A stretch of 64,000 bases of DNA from assembly GCA_964607285.1 (NCBI GenBank), contig CAZSJW010000001.1, forward strand, positions 134,716 to 198,715, given 5' to 3'. Each line of letters opens with the position of its first letter. The first letter of the stretch is position 1. The position numbers were made by a program, and so were the translations under genes. Source of the stretch: an uncultured Pseudomonadales bacterium. Lineage in GTDB: Bacteria > Patescibacteriota > Microgenomatia > UBA1400 > PJMF01. A model generated the notes under the pieces. The model saw only the letters and a program-made list of their open reading frames with translations. It was not told the origin of the DNA and made no database searches. Below are positions 9,045 to 17,995 of this stretch, in pieces.

Positions 9045-10349
9045 ATGGCAAGTGAAAATGCAGGTCATACTAGCATAGGTTTTCAGAAACAGGATTTACC
9101 AGATTTCGATATTCCCAAGGACAATCTATTTGTCGTTCGACAGACCGACGCAGGGTCATATCTTAGTGGTTCTGAATCTGTATTGAATTTATCAAACAAA
9201 GCAGCTGTTGAGAATTTGATGTCTTGTTATTCTTCACTTTTTGATGAGAATGTGCAAGTTGATACGACAGACCTTTCGGTATTTGTAGATTCAGCCAACG
9301 AAAACGGCTGCACAGTTAGATTTATAGAAGCTGGAAATGATAAAGCGATTGTGTATTTTAACAAGAATTATGCTGAGATAATTGCATCAGATCAAAAATT
9401 GTTTAGCAAGATTAGCAGTAGAGACAGACATAGAGTTTCAAATTTGAATAGGGGTATCACTGCAAAAAATTGGAAAGAATTCGGTAATGAGAAGTTGTCA
9501 TTCTCAGAGTCTGAGATAGCATCACTTGCAGAAGAAGTTGTCAAACAATTAGACCGAAATTCTGACCCCGAGTTAAGCGAGGAACGATTGTTGATTCATG
9601 AGCAAAGTCATTTAGTGGATAGAAATAGAAATGTTCGTGGAATTTCTGTTGTTGCAAAAATCAATAGTTTAAATGCCGAGCTTGACCAGATTAAAACAGC
9701 TTTGCTTGATTCAACCTCTGATGAATCAAATTTAAATTATGAAAAACAAGAGGTGATATCGCGAATTCGGGAAATTATGAGACACATGATGCTAATGCTT
9801 TCCATGATGGAAGCAGAATCCATGCTACATGAAACTTTTGGTAGGGTTGTAGAGTCGCCAAACACATATTTCCATGGACAAATGTTGCTGAGAATTGGGG
9901 AAGTTCTGGGCGAGCTGAAATCAAAAGAGGGTCAGGTATCCGATTTTGAGTATGACATTCGCAATCTTTTTTACGGCGAAAACGATGGATTTGCTTCTAG
10001 TCAGCATGCATTAGGAGCCGTAATTCTTATCTTGGGAGAAAAAGTATTTAAGAGGGATGGGAGCGGTGAAATTGATTTCGAATCCTTACTCCCGGAAGAT
10101 ATGAGAGCACATTCAGTAATGGAAAAGGCGAACTACATTGGTGCAGTTGTTCTCAAAAAAATTGCGGAAATAACTATTCACCACGATGAGTATGTTAACG
10201 AAGTAATCAGTAGTGATTTCAAGTCAAAGCTTGTAGAACAAATTGGTTTATTGCGAGCTTCTACTTTAAAAAAGATTGCTGAACTAAAGCATGGTTATGC
10301 TGAAATACTAAGTAGTCAACATTTTTCGAAGGATGACCAACTTATTTAA
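9045..10349 (+). CDS. Hypothetical protein (ORFan), 434 aa, predicted helical.
   Basis: Intact long ORF 36 bp after the preceding gene. No catalytic motif recognised. Confidence 0.45.
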   Translation: MASENAGHTSIGFQKQDLPDFDIPKDNLFVVRQTDAGSYLSGSESVLNLSNKAAVENLMSCYSSLFDENVQVDTTDLSVFVDSANENGCTVRFIEAGNDKAIVYFNKNYAEIIASDQKLFSKISSRDRHRVSNLNRGITAKNWKEFGNEKLSFSESEIASLAEEVVKQLDRNSDPELSEERLLIHEQSHLVDRNRNVRGISVVAKINSLNAELDQIKTALLDSTSDESNLNYEKQEVISRIREIMRHMMLMLSMMEAESMLHETFGRVVESPNTYFHGQMLLRIGEVLGELKSKEGQVSDFEYDIRNLFYGENDGFASSQHALGAVILILGEKVFKRDGSGEIDFESLLPEDMRAHSVMEKANYIGAVVLKKIAEITIHHDEYVNEVISSDFKSKLVEQIGLLRASTLKKIAELKHGYAEILSSQHFSKDDQLI

Positions 10350-10577
10350 AGAGTCTCAAATTCGTGCTATTGATTCGCTGTTAAGTAACAGTCTTGGAAC
10401 TCATAGTGCCACCATGCAACCTGAAGATTTTATGAAACAGTTTATTTCAGCCTTCTCAGAATAATATTGCATTCCCATTTAGCAGTCGCAAAGTTGTGAT
10501 AACATTTTTCGATATGTACAGAAAAAAAGTAATTTCTCTCGTTGCATTGGATTTCGTTTCACTGCTATTATCAAATA

Positions 10578-11207
10578 ATGACTAACGAACTTGTGAATTC
10601 AGCAACGTCGGCTTTAGACACATCAACTAGAACAATTAATACACTAACCAGAACAGTAGGAAGCACACTTGCGGTGCCTATGAATCGGTTTTTAGTTCAG
10701 TTAGATGAGAATGAAGCTAGACAACTCGAGATTGCTACTACGCACGCGCACGCGGTGAGACAAACTGCGCAGCGTTCGCTATTGAATACGGACGGCGGAT
10801 TTTCAGAAGTTACTCAAACTGCACAACAGCAGCGATTTAATTCTACTACTTTTACATTGTCGGATATTCTGACACAGGGTGATGAAAAAACTGAAACAAC
10901 AAAAACGGATAAGATGTGGGGATTCTTCGTAACGCACCGCCGTTCAACTCAATCAGGAAATAAAATTTTTAATCAAATGCAGAATGAGACTCAACGAGCG
11001 GAATCTTCAAGTAACCTTGCAGGTACAACAGGGTCTACTAAAGACCGTTTTGCCAAAATGGGTAGATCTCTAACACCGGAGTCGGTTGCTCAGGTATGTC
11101 GTTCATATGAAATTGCATTAGATCAAGGGGCTTCGTTTAACCCATTCGAGACAAAGAAATTGATGTCAGAAAGACTTAGTTTTTTGCAGTCGGTTCGCAG
11201 TAGCTAG
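10578..11207 (+). CDS. Hypothetical Thr/Ser/Gln-rich protein (ORFan).
   Basis: ORF in the same orientation as its neighbours. The start is taken at the ATG at 10578 (MTNELVNS...). The composition is low-complexity. Confidence 0.4.
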   Translation: MTNELVNSATSALDTSTRTINTLTRTVGSTLAVPMNRFLVQLDENEARQLEIATTHAHAVRQTAQRSLLNTDGGFSEVTQTAQQQRFNSTTFTLSDILTQGDEKTETTKTDKMWGFFVTHRRSTQSGNKIFNQMQNETQRAESSSNLAGTTGSTKDRFAKMGRSLTPESVAQVCRSYEIALDQGASFNPFETKKLMSERLSFLQSVRSS

Positions 11208-11220
11208 TAGTGCTTATGAG

Positions 11221-13056
11221 ATGTCGACAATTGGTCTTCAAAGGATGCAAGAGGGATTACCAGAAGAAACGCTGAATAGAGCTGAAGTAGATAGGCAGCA
11301 GCTGGTTTTACTCTACATGGAGATTGGTCTCCAAGAATTCATACAGGGCTTTGATTTGTTACTCGAAAGTGCTTCAGTACATGATTCAGCACAGCAATTG
11401 ATGACTTTAGTCAACTTGGCTTATGAATTTAATCAGGAGTTTGGTAAAAAATTGTTGACACGCTGGGCTGAAAAGTTGCCAGATCAACTTCCAGAGGTTA
11501 ACTGCGCATTTTTTATTGCTTACTCTCAGATGTTTAAGAATGGAGTTTCGAGCAATTGGTTGCCAGAGACACAGAGAGAATTTCTTGATGGAATGAGTTT
11601 CATACTTCCCACATTGCTGAATCATGATGCTCCAGCAATTGTTATAAGTACACTAAAAAAATTTCTCCTCGATATTTTCATGAGTGATGGAAATAATGCA
11701 GCCAAAGTGAGACTTTATGAGGTATATGTTGAACAACATGCAGAAGAATTGGGAGCTGTAATTAAATTAATATTTGATACACAAGTTAAGTTGCCCAGTG
11801 AAGTTGTACATAAATTGTTACCGACAGTTTCAACAGAACTATCAGCAAAGAACTCATCTACAGAAAAGGCAGCATTACTGATTGGAAACACAAAAGATGC
11901 AGTAGATATTGTGAATTATTTGAGGAATCTAGTAACAGATTCTCAAGAGTTGGCTTCAGTGGAATATCAATTGATTGTGGCTCTTGTGAAGCGATTTGGT
12001 GAGAATGAGTGGAAAATTCCAAATACTCGATTTTATCGAGCTGGATTCTCAACCGATGAAGCACCAGTGCTAATGAAACTTGTCAAAGAAGGTTTTTCGC
12101 CGATTCTTTTAACTGTAAAGGGATATACTAATATTGCAAACGAGTTGAGCTGGATTAAAGAAAGTTTCATATTACAAAATCAATCTGTACAATTGACTCT
12201 TGATCCTCGGTTGCCCCAATCGTATGAATCATTTCGCGAGACCGGATATGCAAGACAAGTGTTTCCTGATTTACATTGGCTAGAAGAGTTTATAAAATGC
12301 TATGAATTAATTGAACAAGATCCAGTTCAAGTAGAGAATAATCTTTCTGAGGCTATTCAAATATTGACTGAGTGGTGGGGTTCAAGGAGTGCTGCACTCA
12401 TGTTTGATATATATTTGAGAAGTGTGAATGCTGATGCACTGAGCAGCTTTAAGCGTATTGTAGCAGGATTGCGGCAGATACATGGTCAAGAGTTGCAGCG
12501 TGGACTAATTGAAGCAATCGATAAAAGATTTTTAGCAGATCAGTTGCAAGAACTATCACATTTTGAAGCTCTTTTAGTTCAATCAGTTTCAGAACTTAAG
12601 AGCATCAAACTTGGATTTCTTGAACGAAGAATGCGCAAACAGATTGATGCAATTGTCGTACAAGCTGAAGGTATTATTTCTGAGATAAATGATTTAAAAA
12701 ATAACATCGATAATACAACAGTATCGCTTGAAGGAGCATATGCTCTGTGGAAAAATGTTGTAAAGATGAGCAGAGAATTTAAACAGATATTTGTTGATCG
12801 TTCTTCTAGGCTGCATAGCATGCGAGAAGTATTAACAGCTAGTAGACTCACGACAGAAAACCGAGAACGTCTTTATACTGCATATCAGAGAATTTCTCAG
12901 CTTGCTAGTTACGAAGCAGATAGAACTGAAGTTGGTGCAATAACTGGATATAAAATAACCAAGTTACCCGCACCATTGACTTTTTTTCAAAAAATGACCG
13001 AAGGTAGAATCCATATTCTACAACACCTCACAGCAAGTACGAATCCTACGATCTAA
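11221..13056 (+). CDS. Hypothetical large protein (ORFan), 611 aa.
   Basis: Intact ORF starting 14 bp after the previous gene. No Walker, HEPN or nuclease motif recognised. Confidence 0.45.
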   Translation: MSTIGLQRMQEGLPEETLNRAEVDRQQLVLLYMEIGLQEFIQGFDLLLESASVHDSAQQLMTLVNLAYEFNQEFGKKLLTRWAEKLPDQLPEVNCAFFIAYSQMFKNGVSSNWLPETQREFLDGMSFILPTLLNHDAPAIVISTLKKFLLDIFMSDGNNAAKVRLYEVYVEQHAEELGAVIKLIFDTQVKLPSEVVHKLLPTVSTELSAKNSSTEKAALLIGNTKDAVDIVNYLRNLVTDSQELASVEYQLIVALVKRFGENEWKIPNTRFYRAGFSTDEAPVLMKLVKEGFSPILLTVKGYTNIANELSWIKESFILQNQSVQLTLDPRLPQSYESFRETGYARQVFPDLHWLEEFIKCYELIEQDPVQVENNLSEAIQILTEWWGSRSAALMFDIYLRSVNADALSSFKRIVAGLRQIHGQELQRGLIEAIDKRFLADQLQELSHFEALLVQSVSELKSIKLGFLERRMRKQIDAIVVQAEGIISEINDLKNNIDNTTVSLEGAYALWKNVVKMSREFKQIFVDRSSRLHSMREVLTASRLTTENRERLYTAYQRISQLASYEADRTEVGAITGYKITKLPAPLTFFQKMTEGRIHILQHLTASTNPTI

Positions 13057-13095
13057 GAAAATGTGTATTAGCTAAAATCCTAATAGGATATTACA

Positions 13096-13587
13096 ATGAT
13101 TTCACAGGAACCTCTGTCTAATCCTCTCAAAGAATCCGATATAACTAATAGAGCTGAATTGCAGTCCATATTGAGAATTTTACCTCCAGATTTATCAGAA
13201 CGCATTCAGATAACTTTTCCGCAACCCGAACTATTTGTTTCACAAATTATTATTGGAATGAGGAAAATTATTCGTTTCTATGAATCGAAGGAAGACGTTA
13301 ATAATGCTCGTTTATCAGCTGCATTGCTAGACTCTTTGAAAAAGGAGTTCAGGACTCTCTCACCTCGAGAGTTTAGAGACAACTTATTTTTAAGGAGCAC
13401 TATAGCAGTTGCAACAATTTCCTTCATCTTCGCTTTGATTTCTGGTGATGTAAGTGATTTAGAAACAAAAGTTCTGGGAGTTGAATTACTTGTGCTTGCT
13501 ATTTCGTATTTTAATTTTATTTATAATAAGCCACGCTCAGTAAGTGCTGTCACACTTTTCAGAAATGCACTGCAAAATAATGAATAG
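13096..13587 (+). CDS. Hypothetical protein with a C-terminal transmembrane segment (ORFan). Last gene of the island.
   Basis: 163-aa ORF with a hydrophobic stretch, IAVATISFIFALISG...LLVLAISYFNFIY. Confidence 0.4.
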   Translation: MISQEPLSNPLKESDITNRAELQSILRILPPDLSERIQITFPQPELFVSQIIIGMRKIIRFYESKEDVNNARLSAALLDSLKKEFRTLSPREFRDNLFLRSTIAVATISFIFALISGDVSDLETKVLGVELLVLAISYFNFIYNKPRSVSAVTLFRNALQNNE

Positions 13588-13721
13588 GATGTAAGCGAAA
13601 GAAATCTAATATTTGCTGTTTATGCAATCTTATAATTAGTGGCAGCAACTGCAATAATTCCTTGGAATCGAATTTGCAATTGTTGAAAACTCTGGCGAAA
13701 TGGATCCTCTAAGAGATTGCT

Positions 13722-13755
13722 TAAGAATGTCTGATTATTAAGAATGTCTGATTAT
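13722..13755 (+). repeat. Perfect tandem duplication of a 17-bp unit.
   Basis: TAAGAATGTCTGATTAT occurs twice back to back (13722-13738 and 13739-13755) in the non-coding stretch between the island and the dacA remnant. Confidence 0.8.
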
Positions 13756-13968
13756 AAGGAAAATTATAGTGCTTTGTATGAAAATGACAAAACAGGATTG
13801 ATAATCATGGTCAGTTCCCGACAGATATTTGAAACCCTGAGCACTGGTCAAGCAAAAAAATAGGTGAAGAATTATCCAAAACTTCCATACTTGGTATTCC
13901 AGAGTGGGTGCTGCCACAACAGGCCTAGCCTATAGGCAACATTAAATTCAACTAGTACAATTTCAGGT

Positions 13969-14700
13969 GTGCAACTTCGCTTCGATCAGTATGTAAGTCT
14001 TACCCTACTTTGTGGCGCCCTACTGCTTTCTGGCCTAAGCCAGCCAATAAGTGCATCGCAAGAACCCGGTTCAGTATTTCTGTTGGAAAAACCAGAAATC
14101 ACGATCCCAATCACCGACTCAACCGTGGCAGAACCAGAAATAACCGCCACCTCTGCAATCGTCATAGACGAACAATCTGCAGTAACGCTCTTTGATAAAA
14201 ACTCTCAACAGCAATTTTCCCCAGCCTCCACCACCAAACTAATGACCGCCTTAGTCGCCAGGTCAATTTTTGAGCTAGACATGGCGTTATCAGTTCCCAG
14301 CATTGTCAGCGCCCTTGACGGCACCCGCATGGGGTTAGTCCCAGGTGAGCGACTATCTGTGCAAGCACTGCTCAAAGGAGCGTTAATGCAGTCTGGAAAC
14401 GATGCAGCTATAACGCTAGCTAGTGCACACCCCGCAGGTATAGACGGTTTTATCTTAGATATGAACTTATTAGCAAAGATCTATCATCTAGATCACACCT
14501 CATTCAAAAACCCAATAGGCTACGATGCACCAGAGAATTTTTCGACAGCAAGAGATCTTGCATTGTTAGCCAGATAAACAATGCAAGATCCAGTACTGCG
14601 CAAGATCGTTGGCACAACCGAAGAAGCGGGTGAAGTTCTCATAACTCAATTTATGCTAGGAAATCAATCTATTTTGGTTTTAGTCATGGGAAGTAAAGAT
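13969..14700 (+). pseudogene. Truncated and decayed copy of D-alanyl-D-alanine carboxypeptidase (dacA'). The N-terminal two-thirds are present, followed by a deleted C-terminal remnant fused to an aspS fragment.
   Basis: The 202-aa ORF is about 70% identical to the 17036 DacA over the SxxK motif (PASTTKLMTALVAR) and the SGN motif (QSGND). After the stop, the frame-shifted remnant [32 protein letters not shown] matches the DacA C-terminus with internal deletions. Confidence 0.65.
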
Positions 14701-14897
14701 TTGAAGTTGGCACTCCCCCACACGGTGGTATTGCTCTAGGTCTAGATCGATTGGTGATGCTTTTGGCTGGTGAAACCTCGCTGCGAGAAGTTATTGCGTT
14801 TCCAATGTCCTCTAGTGGTCGGACTGCGGTGATGGACGCGCCGAGTCTGGTTAGTTCGGCGTTGCTGAAGGAGTTGCATTTATCGATCAAGCAGTAA
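14701..14897 (+). pseudogene. Orphan 3'-terminal fragment of aspS (last ~65 codons plus stop), duplicated from 7062-7258.
   Basis: It translates to ..[62 protein letters not shown], against the aspS end ..[62 protein letters not shown]. Nucleotide identity is about 85%. Confidence 0.75.
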
Positions 14898-14968
14898 CTT
14901 ATTCAGTCTATAGCAATTATTAAACGTGATCCAGTAATCTACCTCTAATCTAGCGTTGCAAAATTGGG

Positions 14969-15656
14969 GTGAAACAAATAATGCCCAAGGAGACAAATCG
15001 TTACTATGAAAAATACTTGTGGACAGTACAGATAGTAATTGTTATGTTTTGGGTTTATACTATTCTTAATGCAGTAAATTTTTGGAAAAAGGACAAAATG
15101 AACAATCCAGATACTGATTTAAGTCCTGACATAGAAACAATATTGCACCAGTATCAAGAAATGAGCCAACTTGGTGAGAGAAAAAAAATTTGTGGATTTC
15201 TTCAGTCAAGCTGAAGAAGGGCTCAAAGAGAAACTGACTGCACATTTAGAAGAATCAGACCCAAGAGAAACTGCGGTGATTACATTCATGTCCACATTAG
15301 TTCAGTTCGTGAAAAAAACAGGACTAACAGTCAGTTTCCCAGGGACTGGTAGCCGCTTTTACGAAAATAATCACCAACCAGAGGATGATGATTTATGGGA
15401 AGAGGCAGTGAAACCTTTTCTCAATAAACAAACCTTTTTAGACATGGAATATATTGTAGTAAATAGAAAAAGTGCTGCTAAAATGAAGGATCAAGTATCT
15501 GGGAATAGGAGCTTTACATTTTTGTCAGCCGATGTCGACTTGTTTATACTGTTCCCAACAGGTAGAATTTCTGGTGTATTGAGCACAGAACAAACAAGTA
15601 AGCTCTATGTCTTGCTCACGTCTGCAGGTATTGTGGGAGCAAGTGCTTGGTACTAG
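14969..15656 (+). CDS. Hypothetical protein with an N-terminal TM helix. It is probably a single gene interrupted by a frameshift in an A8 run at about 15181-15188.
   Basis: ORF 14969-15214 (..EMSQLGERKKICGF) and ORF 15171-15656 (MVREKKFVDFF..) overlap by 44 bp across GAGAGAAAAAAAATTTG. Joining them there gives one continuous ~228-aa protein. Confidence 0.35.
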
Positions 15657-15736
15657 AGCAGCAAGTTTCTGTGTTGAAATAATCAACAATTCTTTCCTCA
15701 GCTTGACTTGAGAACTCTGCCAAATCATACTCCACT

Positions 15737-16966
15737 GTGGACACACATTTTGTGTGCGTGATTATGGAGTCCGAACAACAGCTAAAACAAGAACAAAAAT
15801 CTGCATATAGCCTCTTGGAGCAGTATGCGAGTGAGATGCGTTCTATGCTTTTCTCGCTGAAGCATGTAGCACGGCAACTTGGCATTTTTTCAAAATTAAG
15901 CACCCGACAATACGATGAGTTCACCAGGGATGTGCAACCAACTCAGCAACTAGAAAAAGTACGAGATCTTCAGCAGATTCTTGCAGGTAAAACCTTGACA
16001 ATTAATGAGGAACTGCGTTTTTCACAATTGAGGATCGAGTTGTTTCGACTTGAATCAGCACTGCAGGATTGTAGAGATATCATCAACCAAAAGTATTTAC
16101 AGTCTCAGACTGCTATTGTGCAGGGGTTTAGGTATGTGAGAAAGGCTGATGCGGTTTCTGTACGTGCTACTGAGTCTCAGCTTGTCACTTTGCGTTCTGC
16201 AGCAACTGTCGGCGCAGTTTTTGAAGTGATGACAGAGTTGGAGCGGCTTGGTTGGGAGTTTCCTGGTGCTGTTGTGTCTGCAAGAACAGTAGATGGAGAT
16301 GGGTTGCTACGGCTCAGTTCAGAAAAACCAGCGTCAGTCCAAACTGAATGCTCACAGTTTGTTACAGGATGCATAAATCAAACTGTGACTGGATATCAGC
16401 ATGAACTGCCATTTAGACATCTAATGAGCGATTGGGTTCGTACTTATTTTAAAAAAATTCAAAGCGTTCTGATCGAGCATTATGCAGCAGTAAACTCAAT
16501 ATCAGGCACTGTTTTTGCGTCTGAGACTAACAGAGAGTTACTGACAGTGTTGGAATCACAGATAGTAGTGCCAGATGATGCAGGGTTGCAGAAGGGTACA
16601 CCCTTTCTTGAAACCAAAGAAATGTTGCAGAGATTGGGACCTACATTTTCGAAGCTGAGAGAGGAGATCATAGCAGAAGTTCTTGAAGCGCAGCAAATAC
16701 TTTCAAGAATACAATACGCAGACTCAACGGAGAATATATTGCAGCATATCTTGCTGCTTACACCAAAATTTAAAATTCAAGAAACTGCTTTTAAAAACTA
16801 TGTTAATGGTTTGCAGCCACATGAGTTACTGTTAAAGGTTTCCCGAATAGAGTTGTTTGGAAACCGTAAAGACGATGCGTTTGGTGTGCTCTATGAAAAA
16901 TATGTTTCTGTCCCTAAAAAAGAGAGAAGCTTAAACGAACATGCCAAGTTACTAAAATCTTACTGA
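15737..16966 (+). CDS. Hypothetical protein X, the intact member of a duplicated family. Function unknown.
   Basis: 409-aa intact ORF. It is the paralog of the fragmented 7340-8395 locus. No known domain recognised. Confidence 0.5.
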   Translation: MDTHFVCVIMESEQQLKQEQKSAYSLLEQYASEMRSMLFSLKHVARQLGIFSKLSTRQYDEFTRDVQPTQQLEKVRDLQQILAGKTLTINEELRFSQLRIELFRLESALQDCRDIINQKYLQSQTAIVQGFRYVRKADAVSVRATESQLVTLRSAATVGAVFEVMTELERLGWEFPGAVVSARTVDGDGLLRLSSEKPASVQTECSQFVTGCINQTVTGYQHELPFRHLMSDWVRTYFKKIQSVLIEHYAAVNSISGTVFASETNRELLTVLESQIVVPDDAGLQKGTPFLETKEMLQRLGPTFSKLREEIIAEVLEAQQILSRIQYADSTENILQHILLLTPKFKIQETAFKNYVNGLQPHELLLKVSRIELFGNRKDDAFGVLYEKYVSVPKKERSLNEHAKLLKSY

Positions 16967-17035
16967 TTGTGGAACATAAACCAGCACAGATGTAGTATTA
17001 TGAGAACAAACGTACATATCAACTAGATAAACAGT

Positions 17036-17962
17036 GTGTCACTTCGGCCAGATCAATATATTTCCATTGCTGCCATTAGCGTTGTCTTAGTGGTAGTGGG
17101 AGTTATCAGGCCAGTTGGAGCAGCTGATACATCTAGGACGTTTCTGTTGATCGAGAAATCTGAATTTGTGTTGCCTGTTATTGACCCAACAGTTGTGCAG
17201 CCACAAGTAAGTGCTGCTGCAGCGATTGTAATCGATGAGCAATCTGCCGTTACTTTGTACGAAAAAAATGCTACTGTCCAGTTTCCACCAGCTTCGACAA
17301 CCAAGTTACTAACAGCACTTGTAGCTCGATCAATGTATGAATTGGACGCTGTACTCACTGTCCCAACACTGGTAACCGCACTGGATGGAACAAGAATGGG
17401 ACTTGTTCCAGGAGAAAAACTTCCCGTTTCAGCACTGCTGCAGGGAGCACTCATTCAGTCTGGTAATGATGCAGCCTTAACACTGGCAGCAGCACATCCA
17501 GCTGGTGTTGGAGGGTTTGTATCAGAAATGAACTCGAAGGCAGATTTTCTACATCTCACTCAATCAAATTTTACTAACCCAATTGGGTATGATGCACCTG
17601 GACAGTTGGTTACGCCAAGAGATCTGGCATTGTTAGCCAGAGAAGTAATGAAAGACCCTGTGCTCAGAAAAATAGTTGGCACTGCTAAGGTTCAGGTATC
17701 AGATACTAAAGGGGCGATTACCCATGACCTTGTGACTACACACAAACTTTTAGGTGTAGATCCCACTGTGATTGGTATAAAAACAGGTACAACTGAAGAA
17801 GCTGGAGAGGTATTGATCACTCAGTTCAAGAGAGATGCTCAATCCATATTGATTGTGATTATGGGTAGTGATGACCGCTACAAAGATACACAAGAGCTAA
17901 TTGAGTATGTAAGAACTGCGGTACATTGGGAAACAGTATTTAGCGTACCAGAAGCCCGATAG
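17036..17962 (+). CDS. dacA: D-alanyl-D-alanine carboxypeptidase (serine-type, PBP5/DacA family) with an N-terminal signal or TM segment.
   Basis: GTG start followed by a TM helix. Motifs SxxK (PASTTKLLTALVAR), SGN (QSGNDAA) and KTG (GIKTGTT) are present. Confidence 0.8.
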   Translation: MSLRPDQYISIAAISVVLVVVGVIRPVGAADTSRTFLLIEKSEFVLPVIDPTVVQPQVSAAAAIVIDEQSAVTLYEKNATVQFPPASTTKLLTALVARSMYELDAVLTVPTLVTALDGTRMGLVPGEKLPVSALLQGALIQSGNDAALTLAAAHPAGVGGFVSEMNSKADFLHLTQSNFTNPIGYDAPGQLVTPRDLALLAREVMKDPVLRKIVGTAKVQVSDTKGAITHDLVTTHKLLGVDPTVIGIKTGTTEEAGEVLITQFKRDAQSILIVIMGSDDRYKDTQELIEYVRTAVHWETVFSVPEAR

Positions 17963-17995
17963 TTTGGGTACTTGTGTGATACCATAAAGGGACAT

